A stretch of DNA of 37,363 nt from Gammaproteobacteria bacterium (GTDB lineage Bacteria > Pseudomonadota > Gammaproteobacteria > SG8-11), in contig JACQEQ010000301.1 in the NCBI GenBank assembly GCA_016200445.1, forward strand, positions 1 through 37,363. Direction: 5' to 3'. Shown here one piece after another: positions 8,322 through 15,841 of this stretch; position 1 is the stretch's first letter; every line of letters begins with the position of its first letter. Made by a program: the position numbers and the translations under genes. The notes beneath the pieces are model-generated. The model was not told the DNA's origin. It saw nothing but the letters and a program-made list of their open reading frames with translations, and did no database searches.

Positions 8322-8446
8322 GTAGGGTGGGTTAGCGTTTTTGCGTAACCCGCCAAGCGTGCGCTGCACACAACCTTATTTTGTTGAGTGCCTGACGGCA
8401 CGGCTGGCGGGTTACGACGCGAACAAATGCGTCTAACCCACCCTAC
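8322..8446. repeat. MITE/REP-like palindromic element
   Basis: Terminal inverted arms are GTAGGGTGGGTTAGCG..CGTAACCCGCCA (left) and the reverse complement of GTAGGGTGGGTTAGACG..CGTAACCCGCCA (right). The outer 14 nt are perfect. The element lies between two + strand genes. Confidence 0.65.
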
Positions 8447-8653
8447 TTCGATTTGTTAATTTTGATTCCTGCGCCTGTTTGTCGCGTTAACTCTCCATAT
8501 ACCACAACCCGTAAAACCATTGGCAACCGGTCGTGCAGTAAATATTTTCTGTGGCCGGGAATAAACGTGCGTTGCTGCTTGTTTGCCCCAGTGCCGGGAG
8601 CTGCATGCGAAACTTCATGTGCTCCCATTCACAACCACACAAGGAGTTATTTC

Positions 8654-9031
8654 ATGTTGCAACATTACAAAAACTACGCGCGCGCCGGTGCCACGGTCAT
8701 CGCGTTACTGGGGACATACTCTGCCACGTTGGCGATGGCGGCCGACATGGGCATGAGCACCGGTACAGTTGCAATCACGTCGCCCAAAGACGGCGCCACG
8801 TTGTCCGCGATGGGCGAAAACAAGATGGACTACGAAGTGAAATTGGGCGCAGGTGATGACCATTTTCACGTGTGGATCGACGGTGAACGCGGCGGCCCGG
8901 TGCGTGATTTGAAGGGTACGCTCACGTTGCCGAAAATGACGCCCGGCAAGCACGCCATTATTGTCAAGATCGTCGACAAGGCGCACGTGCCAGCCGGCCC
9001 CGAAAAGAGCGTGTCGGTGAAAGTCGAGTAA
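8654..9031 (+). CDS. Secreted small beta-sandwich-like protein with an HFHVWIDG motif (possibly DUF4399-like)
   Basis: RBS aaggag is at 8641-8646. A signal peptide ends in LAMAAD. ITSPKDGATL and DHFHVWIDGE ... PGKHAIIVKIVDKAH resemble the DUF4399 layout. The family call is tentative. Confidence 0.45.
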   Translation: MLQHYKNYARAGATVIALLGTYSATLAMAADMGMSTGTVAITSPKDGATLSAMGENKMDYEVKLGAGDDHFHVWIDGERGGPVRDLKGTLTLPKMTPGKHAIIVKIVDKAHVPAGPEKSVSVKVE

Positions 9032-9037
9032 CGCGGG

Positions 9038-9448
9038 ATGGCCGCAGACTATGCGTACGCGCTGGTTCAGGTGGCGCATAACGTCGGGGCGGTTGCCGTG
9101 GTCGGCAGCCCCGCCGCCGCCGGGTTGTGGATGCGCGAGCAACGGACTGTTCCTGTCGTGCTCGCGTGGTTTACGGCTTCCGGCTGGATGATCCAAATAT
9201 TCAGCGGCATCGGCTTTGGCCTCACCAGTTATCTGTCGCGCGGCGAATTGCCTGAAGTCACCGGGGTTGCGTTGTTTGCGCTGTATCTCAAGATCGGCTG
9301 TGCCACGACCGGGCTCGCACTCGCCGGCTTTTATCTGCTCGCTCCGCTTTGGCGGCGTGAACAAACACAACACGGGCTCTGGCCAAGTTTGTTTTTTGCC
9401 GGCATCGCTGCACTGTCCGGCGCGGCGTTTCTGCGCTGGTTGGGTTAA
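9038..9448 (+). CDS. Integral membrane protein (about 4 TM), unknown function
   Basis: Four hydrophobic segments. It starts 6 nt after the previous stop and ends 23 nt before the peroxidase gene. Confidence 0.5.
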   Translation: MAADYAYALVQVAHNVGAVAVVGSPAAAGLWMREQRTVPVVLAWFTASGWMIQIFSGIGFGLTSYLSRGELPEVTGVALFALYLKIGCATTGLALAGFYLLAPLWRREQTQHGLWPSLFFAGIAALSGAAFLRWLG

Positions 9449-9471
9449 CAGAAAAATTTAACGAGGACTAC

Positions 9472-10548
9472 ATGATGAACGATCGCTTTCGCACCCTATT
9501 AAAATCTGTCGCCGTCGCATCGGCACTGGCGTCAGGTCTTGCCAGCGCGGAGGTGCCTGACATCGGCCCGCTGCCGCCGGTACCCGTTAATCCCGACAAC
9601 ACACCGACCGCCGCGCGCATGGCGCTCGGACAGGCGCTGTTTTTCGACAACCGCCTGTCCGGCACCGGCAATCTGAATTGTTCCAGTTGCCACTTGCCCG
9701 ACGTCGGCTGGACGTTACCGTCGGCGTTTTCCGTTGCCAACGAAGGCTTCGTCGAACGCCGCAATCCGCCAACGCTGATCAACGTCGGCTACAACAGAGC
9801 GCTGATCTGGGATGGACGTGCGCCGTCGCTCGAGAAGCAGGCGATCGGCTCGATTACCAATCCGGTGCACAAGGGCCAGAACCTCGACAAACTGGTGAAA
9901 ATTCTCAACGACGATCCCAAATTCATCGCGCTGTTTCAGGCCGCGTACAACGGCAAGCCGAATGCCGACGACATCGGCCGCGCACTGGCGGTGTGGCAAC
10001 GGCATTTTTTGGTGACGGGCGAGAGCAATTTTGATCGCTACGTGAAGGGCAATATGTTGGCTCTGAGTGAAGCCGCAGTGCGCGGTATGGACATTTTTAA
10101 AGGCAAGGGCGGTTGTATCGTCTGCCACAACGGGCCTAATTTTTCCGACTCGGGTTTTTACAACATCGGCCTGGCGCGCAACGCGCAATTCGACAAGCCC
10201 GAGTATCTGAAAATTCTCGTGTTCGACGCCAAGCGCATGAAGCTCGACAACCCCGAGCAGGCCACCGATGACGCAGGCCGTTACCTCGTTACCAAGGACA
10301 AGGCGGATTGGAAAAAATTCAAGACCCCGACCCTACGTAACCTCGCCGATACCGCACCCTACATGCACGACGGCCGCTATGCGACGCTGGATGCAGTCAT
10401 CGACCATTTCAACCGTGGCGGCGACCAAGTGGAAAACCAGGATCCGCGTATCAAGCCGCTGGGGCTGAGCGTGACAGAAAAAGCCGACTTAAAAGCCTTC
10501 CTGCAATCGTTGTGGGGACCACTGCCGAAGTTAAACCTCGCTGAATGA
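9472..10548 (+). CDS. Di-haem cytochrome c peroxidase (CCP/MauG family)
   Basis: A signal peptide, two CxxCH motifs (CSSCH, CIVCH), and FKTPTLRN and PYMHDG motifs. Confidence 0.9.
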   Translation: MMNDRFRTLLKSVAVASALASGLASAEVPDIGPLPPVPVNPDNTPTAARMALGQALFFDNRLSGTGNLNCSSCHLPDVGWTLPSAFSVANEGFVERRNPPTLINVGYNRALIWDGRAPSLEKQAIGSITNPVHKGQNLDKLVKILNDDPKFIALFQAAYNGKPNADDIGRALAVWQRHFLVTGESNFDRYVKGNMLALSEAAVRGMDIFKGKGGCIVCHNGPNFSDSGFYNIGLARNAQFDKPEYLKILVFDAKRMKLDNPEQATDDAGRYLVTKDKADWKKFKTPTLRNLADTAPYMHDGRYATLDAVIDHFNRGGDQVENQDPRIKPLGLSVTEKADLKAFLQSLWGPLPKLNLAE

Positions 10549-10555
10549 GTAGCAA

Positions 10556-10585
10556 CATGGGGCGGTGAGCGAAGCCCGCCCCATG
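10556..10585 (+). terminator. Hairpin downstream of the peroxidase gene (terminator or REP-like)
   Basis: CATGGGGCGG-tgagcgaagc-CCGCCCCATG forms a 10-bp perfect stem. No T-run follows. Confidence 0.4.
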
Positions 10586-10744
10586 GAGCTTCCCGGCGTT
10601 TGCTTCTGCGCAATAATTCTCCGTGTATTTGCGAATATTCCCGTAGCCGCTTGCCGCGTAGTTTAGCGCTGATCGCCGCGTGCTTGGTGAGTTTGCGTCG
10701 GCGTATGTATTGTTCGGCTTACTTCCTACACGGAGGATGCTCTC

Positions 10745-11251
10745 ATGAACACCAATACGATCCGCTCCGTAGCGGTTTTCGTCATGCTGTCGGCCGCCGG
10801 CACGTCGCTATACGCCGCCGATAACCCGGCGTTTATGAAATTTCATGCCAAGGGTGACTTTGCCACGGTGTTGTCAAACGTAAAACAAGCGTTGGAGACG
10901 GCGCAATTTGTTATCAGCGCCGAGGAAAATCTTTCCAAGGGGCTGGAGAAAAACAAGCAGTTATTTCCGGAAGGAACGTGGAATAGCATCGGTTTTGACA
11001 ACGTTACCGCCGTGCATTTTTGCTCGCTGGTATTTAATCAGGAGGTGTTCAATATCAACATGGATTGGACCATCTTGTGCCCGTACAAATTGTCGATTTA
11101 CAGCATGAAGAAAGCACCGCAAGACATTACCGTGATCATGCAGCGCCCGACCTTTCAGCTTGCGCAAGACCCGCACCCTAAAGCGAAAGAGATCGGCAAG
11201 AAAATGGAAGATCGTATCGTCAATGCTATCAAGGATGGCTTGGCTCGCTAG
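10745..11251 (+). CDS. DUF302-like periplasmic protein
   Basis: A signal peptide is present. The pattern FCSLVFNQEVFNINMDWTILCPYKLSIY is compatible with DUF302. Confidence 0.5.
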   Translation: MNTNTIRSVAVFVMLSAAGTSLYAADNPAFMKFHAKGDFATVLSNVKQALETAQFVISAEENLSKGLEKNKQLFPEGTWNSIGFDNVTAVHFCSLVFNQEVFNINMDWTILCPYKLSIYSMKKAPQDITVIMQRPTFQLAQDPHPKAKEIGKKMEDRIVNAIKDGLAR

Positions 11252-11264
11252 CGGCTGCGTTCGA

Positions 11265-12137
11265 CTACGTACCGGCAATGGCGCGCAGTTCGTCGGCCTG
11301 CGTTGCAAGCGGTTGCAGGCTGGTTAATGCTTCGTCGATCAAATCGCGCGCGCGCGCTTTGGCCGGTGCCAGGCCCAGCAGCGCGGGGTAGGTGGGTTTG
11401 TTACGGGCTTGGTCCGCACCTTGACGTTTTCCCAAAACCTCGGTTGCGCCTTCCACGTCGAGAATGTCGTCCTGAATCTGGAACGCCAGGCCAATGCACT
11501 TGGCGTAGTGGTCCAGTGCGGTGCGCACTGCTTCGTCAAGACCCGGCTTGCACAGCGTCGCCAAGCACACGCTGGCACGAATCAGCGCGCCGGTTTTGTG
11601 AATGTGCACGTTTTCCAGTTCGGATAAATTCAACTCCTGACCCTCGGCAACGATGTCGAGCGCCTGTCCGCCCGCCATGCCGCGTGAACCGCTGGCCAAG
11701 GCCAGCGCCTCCACCATGGCCAGACGCAATTTGCTGTCGACGAGCATGTGCGGATCGTGCGCCAAAACGTAAAACGCTAATGACTGCAAAGCGTCGCCGG
11801 CCAGCACCGCAGTGGCTTCGTCGAACTCTTTGTGGCAGGTGAGTTTGCCGCGCCGCAGGTCGTCGTCGTCCATCGCGGGCAAGTCGTCGTGGATCAGCGA
11901 ATAGACATGGATGAGCTCCACCGCACAGGCAGGTCCGTCGAGTTGTTCGAGCGGCACGCCTAACGCGCGTCCGGTTGTATACACCAGGCACGGGCGGATG
12001 CGTTTGCCGCCCGCCAGTGCCGAATAGCGCATGGCCGCATGCAGGCGCAGGGGTTGCTTGCTGGACTCAGGTATCCAGGCGGCCAACGCGGTTTCTACGC
12101 GTGCCAGGTAGGGGATTAATAGCGTTTGCAGGGTCAC
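11265..12137 (-). CDS. ispA: Farnesyl diphosphate synthase (polyprenyl synthetase)
   Basis: First Asp-rich motif is LIHDDLPAMDDDDLRRG and the second is FQIQDDILD. A GTG at 12137, 16 nt after the xseB stop, gives about 291 aa. The longer listed ORF would overlap xseB. Confidence 0.9.
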   Translation of the reverse strand: MTLQTLLIPYLARVETALAAWIPESSKQPLRLHAAMRYSALAGGKRIRPCLVYTTGRALGVPLEQLDGPACAVELIHVYSLIHDDLPAMDDDDLRRGKLTCHKEFDEATAVLAGDALQSLAFYVLAHDPHMLVDSKLRLAMVEALALASGSRGMAGGQALDIVAEGQELNLSELENVHIHKTGALIRASVCLATLCKPGLDEAVRTALDHYAKCIGLAFQIQDDILDVEGATEVLGKRQGADQARNKPTYPALLGLAPAKARARDLIDEALTSLQPLATQADELRAIAGT

Positions 12138-12153
12138 ACGTGAACCTTGATTT

Positions 12154-12438
12154 TTATGAATCGGTGGACGGGTCGCCGGTCGCTTCGAATTCAACCGGTG
12201 CGGATGTGCCATCTTTCTTGAGGAGAATGTGTACCTTCTGTTCGGCATCCTGCAGCGATTGTTGACAGGTGCGCGTCAGCAAAACACCGCGTTCGAATTG
12301 CTGTAGCGATTCTTCGAGCGTGAGTTCGCCTTTTTCCATACGTTCGACAATATTTTCAAGTTCGTGCAATGCCGATTCGAAGTCGGGTGTTTTGGGTTTT
12401 TTGGCCACGGCGGTTTCCGAAGGGGAGCGGGGGACCAC
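12154..12438 (-). CDS. xseB: Exodeoxyribonuclease VII small subunit
   Basis: [50 protein letters not shown], plus the classic xseB-ispA order. The start codon is uncertain (GTG at 12438 or 12408). Confidence 0.85.
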   Translation of the reverse strand: MVPRSPSETAVAKKPKTPDFESALHELENIVERMEKGELTLEESLQQFERGVLLTRTCQQSLQDAEQKVHILLKKDGTSAPVEFEATGDPSTDS

Positions 12439-12592
12439 AATACTCGATGCAAAAAACCAGGGTCAACTTGCAACGTCAATTCGTTTCTCCCCGAACAGAC
12501 GATTGACACTGGTTCGGGATTTAATTATCGTGTCGATGAGGTTTAGACAAATTCTAAATCGCCCCTAACCACTCGAATGGAGGTTGTTCACC

Positions 12593-13011
12593 ATGCAACT
12601 CAAAGGTAGTCAAACTGAAAAGAATTTAAAGGATGCGTTCGCGGGCGAATCGCAAGCGAATCGCCGTTACTTGTACTTCGCAGCGAAGGCGGATGTGGAA
12701 GGTTACAACGACGTCTCGGCAGTGTTTCGTTCCACCGCCGAAGGTGAAACCGGGCATGCGCACGGGCACCTGGAATATCTCGAAGCGTCGGCGATCCGGC
12801 CACCGGCCTGCCGATCGGTGCCACGTCGAATAACCTGAAGGCCGCAATTGCGGGCGAAACCCACGAATACACCGATATGTATCCGGGCATGGCCAAGGCC
12901 GCGCGCACCGAAGGCTTTACTGAAATCGCCGATTGGTTTGAAACGCTGGCCAAGGCCTAGCGTTCACACGCCAACCGGTTCCAGAAAGCGTTGGATACCT
13001 TGGGCAAATAA
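12593..13011 (+). pseudogene. Rubrerythrin-family diiron protein, disrupted
   Basis: MQLKGSQTEKNLKDAFAGESQANRRYLYFA...AEGETGHAHGHLEYLEA runs in one frame. GDPATGLPIGATSNNLKAAIAGETHEYTDMYPGMAKAARTEGFTEIADWFETLAKA follows in the neighbouring frame (shift near 12786-12790). Then comes a TAG (12958-12960), followed in frame by RSHANRFQKALDTLGK and a stop. Confidence 0.75.
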
Positions 13012-13082
13012 GTTCGTTGTTTCCAGGGGGCTGGGCAGACCAGCCCCCGTCTTAGGTTTAATGCCATGCAGGGTTTGTTATA

Positions 13083-14435
13083 ATGTCAACACCCGTAGGT
13101 TCGATGCGCGAAGGTAGTTTAAAAGCCCCGACGCGGCATGCGCTCGACTGGAGCAATGCCGAGTTTTATAACGAAGCCGCGCTACACAAAGAACTCGAGC
13201 GCGTGTACGACATCTGTCATGGCTGCCGCCGCTGCGTGAGTTTGTGCAATGCGTTTCCGACGCTATTCGATTTGGTCGACGGGTCGCCGACCCAGGAAGT
13301 CGACGGCGTTAAAAAAACCGATTACATGCAGGTCGTGGATCAATGTTATCTGTGCGACCTGTGTTACATGACCAAATGTCCGTACGTGCCGCCGCACGAA
13401 TGGAACGTGGATTTCCCGCATTTAATGTTGCGCGCCAAGGCTGCGAATTTTAAAAAGGGCGAAACCCGGCTGCGCGACACAATATTGTCGAGCACCGATG
13501 CCGTCGGCAAGCTTGCCGGTATACCGGTGGTGGTGCAGGTGGTGAATGCGGCCAACAAAAATCCTACGCTGCGCAAAGTGACCTCGGCCGTGTTAGGCGT
13601 GCACCCCGGCGCGATTTTGCCCGAATATCATAGCGACACCTTGCGCAAACGTGTGACGCGCCGTGTTGCACCCGCGATCAGCGCTGAGCCGACCGAACAA
13701 ACGCGCGGCCAAGTTGCATTGTTCGCCACCTGTTACGGCAACTACAACGAGCCGCATCTTGGCGAAGATTTGATCGCGGTGTTTGAACACAACGGCATTC
13801 CGGTCACGCTGGTCAGTAAAGAGCAATGTTGCGGCATGCCGAAGCTGGAGTTGGGCGATTTGGATGCTGTAAAGCGCGCCAAGGAAGCCAACATACCGAT
13901 GCTGGCGCAAATGGTCGATGCCGGTTTTGACATTATCGCGCCGGTGCCGTCGTGCGTGTTGATGTTCAAGCAGGAGTTGCCGCTGATGTTTCCGGACGAT
14001 CCCGAGGTGTTAAAAGTCAAGAAGGCGATTTTCGATCCGTTCGAATACTTGATGCTGCGCCATAAGGGCGGCAAATTGAAAACCGATTTCAAAACCGCGC
14101 TGGGTAAAATTTCGTACCACGTGGCCTGTCACTTACGCGTACAGAACATCGGTTTAAAAACCCGCGATTTGTTGCAACTGGTGCCTGGGACGCAGATCGA
14201 CGCGATTGAGCGTTGCTCCGGCCACAACGGCACCTACGCGGTAAAACAAGAGTTTCACGATTTCTCGATGAAAATCGGCAAGCCTGTGGTGCAGCGCGTG
14301 CAGCAAGCGGCGCCGGATCATTACAGCAGCGATTGCCCGATGGCCGGCCACCAGATCGAGAATGGTTTGAAAGACGGCACATTGCCGGAGCACCCGTTGT
14401 CGTTATTACGTAAAGCCTATGGAATTGAGAGATGA
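13083..14435 (+). CDS. (Fe-S)-binding CCG-domain oxidoreductase (HdrD/GlpC-like)
   Basis: Two ferredoxin-type cysteine clusters (CHGCRRCVSLC..P, CYLCDLCYMTKCP). CCG-type segments are present (EQCCGMP, CSGHNG). Confidence 0.85.
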   Translation: MSTPVGSMREGSLKAPTRHALDWSNAEFYNEAALHKELERVYDICHGCRRCVSLCNAFPTLFDLVDGSPTQEVDGVKKTDYMQVVDQCYLCDLCYMTKCPYVPPHEWNVDFPHLMLRAKAANFKKGETRLRDTILSSTDAVGKLAGIPVVVQVVNAANKNPTLRKVTSAVLGVHPGAILPEYHSDTLRKRVTRRVAPAISAEPTEQTRGQVALFATCYGNYNEPHLGEDLIAVFEHNGIPVTLVSKEQCCGMPKLELGDLDAVKRAKEANIPMLAQMVDAGFDIIAPVPSCVLMFKQELPLMFPDDPEVLKVKKAIFDPFEYLMLRHKGGKLKTDFKTALGKISYHVACHLRVQNIGLKTRDLLQLVPGTQIDAIERCSGHNGTYAVKQEFHDFSMKIGKPVVQRVQQAAPDHYSSDCPMAGHQIENGLKDGTLPEHPLSLLRKAYGIER

Positions 14436-15025
14436 ACGCCATGAAACATTTAACTCGCGATGATTTATACAGCCTGGAAAAATATGCCCAGCAGCGTATA
14501 CAGATGCGCGCGCAAGTGTTGGAGCACAAAAAAAATCGCCATGTGGAGATTGGTCCGCATGCGACGCTGTACTTCGAAGATCGCCTGACCATGCACTATC
14601 AGATTCAAGAGATGTTACGTGTAGAGCGCGTATACGAAGCGGAAGGAATTCAAGACGAACTCAACGCATACAATCCGATGATTCCCGACGGCACCAATCT
14701 CAAGGCCACGTTCATGCTGGAGTACCCTGACGAAACCGAACGACGCGTGGCGCTGGCAGGTTTGAAGGGCGTTGAACATCGCGTGTGGATCAAAGTGCAA
14801 GGCCACGCGCCGGTGTGGGCGATTGCCGATGAAGATCTGGAACGCGAAAACGACGAAAAAACTTCCTCCGTGCACTTCCTGCGCTTCGAATTTACCGCGC
14901 CAATGATTGCGGCAGCGCAGCAAGGCGGGGCATTGAGTGTAGGCATCGACCATGCTGCGTATCAGCATACGGTCGAACCGTTACCCGTGGCGGTGCGCGC
15001 CGCGCTGGTTGCGGATTTCGACTAA
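14432..15025 (+). CDS. DUF3501 family protein
   Basis: ATGA start/stop overlap with the Fe-S gene. Sequence: LEKYAQQRIQMRAQVLEHKKNRHVEIGPHATLYFEDRLTMHYQIQEMLRVERV. The family is recalled as the usual partner of this Fe-S protein. Confidence 0.7.
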   Translation: MNAMKHLTRDDLYSLEKYAQQRIQMRAQVLEHKKNRHVEIGPHATLYFEDRLTMHYQIQEMLRVERVYEAEGIQDELNAYNPMIPDGTNLKATFMLEYPDETERRVALAGLKGVEHRVWIKVQGHAPVWAIADEDLERENDEKTSSVHFLRFEFTAPMIAAAQQGGALSVGIDHAAYQHTVEPLPVAVRAALVADFD

Positions 15026-15130
15026 CTGCATGAGGCGTTGCGCGCATGAGGTCTTGACAGTGACCATCTCAAGGTCAGAAGCTGCCGGCTATCTTTTTGT
15101 ACATGGCAAATCTGAATGAGGAGATGAGCA

Positions 15131-15658
15131 ATGAAATTATTTAACACGCTGCTGATGGTCTCAGGATTATTGTCTGTAACCGGCGTGATGGCGGCGCCGG
15201 AAGAGTTGGCACCGTACGGGACGGCGAAAACAAATATGCACACGTATGCGCCGATCAATCGTGTGTTCGATGTGAATTACGAAGATCCCGCTAACCTCAA
15301 TGCGCTGTATGGCTTTATTACCAATATCGACAAAGTTGTGCCGGGCAAATCGGTCGTGGTGCTGCATGGTCCGGAGATGCGCGTGTTCGCGAAGGAAAAT
15401 TACCTGAAATTCCAGGGCATCGTCGATAAGATGGCTGAATTGTCTAAACAAGGCACTGAGTTTCGTATGTGCAACAACGCGATGCATGCGGCAGGGTTCA
15501 AGGCCGAGGACATGGACGGCTTCATTACGGTTATTCCGGCGGGCTTTGCCGAGATTATCGATTTGGAGTCCAAGGGCTATCAGCCGATTAACCCGCTGGT
15601 GACAGCGGTAAAAGACAGTCGTTACATCGAGCATCCAGAAAAGAAACCCGCGAATTAA
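15131..15658 (+). CDS. DsrE/DsrF-like (COG1416-type) protein with a signal peptide
   Basis: VVVLHGPEMRVF ... FRMCNNAMHAAG ... VIPAGFAEIIDLESKGYQPINP. Confidence 0.55.
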   Translation: MKLFNTLLMVSGLLSVTGVMAAPEELAPYGTAKTNMHTYAPINRVFDVNYEDPANLNALYGFITNIDKVVPGKSVVVLHGPEMRVFAKENYLKFQGIVDKMAELSKQGTEFRMCNNAMHAAGFKAEDMDGFITVIPAGFAEIIDLESKGYQPINPLVTAVKDSRYIEHPEKKPAN

Positions 15659-15681
15659 ATTTTAATTTCATAGCGCAGCGG

Positions 15682-15716
15682 CGCCGTCCACTTGCGAAGC
15701 GAGGGGCGGCGTTTTT
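15682..15716 (+). terminator. Probable rho-independent terminator
   Basis: An imperfect GC-rich stem, cgccgtcc...ggggcggcg, is followed by ttttt. Confidence 0.5.
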
Positions 15717-15841
15717 GTTATTCGGGTGGGAGTTTAGATTCACTGCGATTGACAACGCCGCTGCACTAGCGCACCTTTTCGCGCCGTGCGTTGGGCATCC
15801 ATTTTACCCGCGAAAATTTCAGGAAAAGAAGACGGACCGCT

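Noticed and set aside
10600-10824. ORF 10600-10824 in the gap between the peroxidase and DUF302 genes
   Set aside because: It has no RBS, overlaps the DUF302 start, and its composition is not protein-like.
1136-12960. In-frame TAG codons in two otherwise recognisable genes (1136-1138 and 12958-12960) as a hint of stop-codon reassignment
   Set aside because: TAG is used as an ordinary terminator by neighbouring intact genes (for example at 3339-3341 and 11249-11251). Both affected genes also carry frameshifts or deletions, so pseudogenisation is the simpler reading.
12848-13117. ORF 12848-13117 as a separate gene
   Set aside because: It is in the wrong frame across the rubrerythrin remnant and runs into the start of the Fe-S gene. 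The homologous frame is the one described for the pseudogene.
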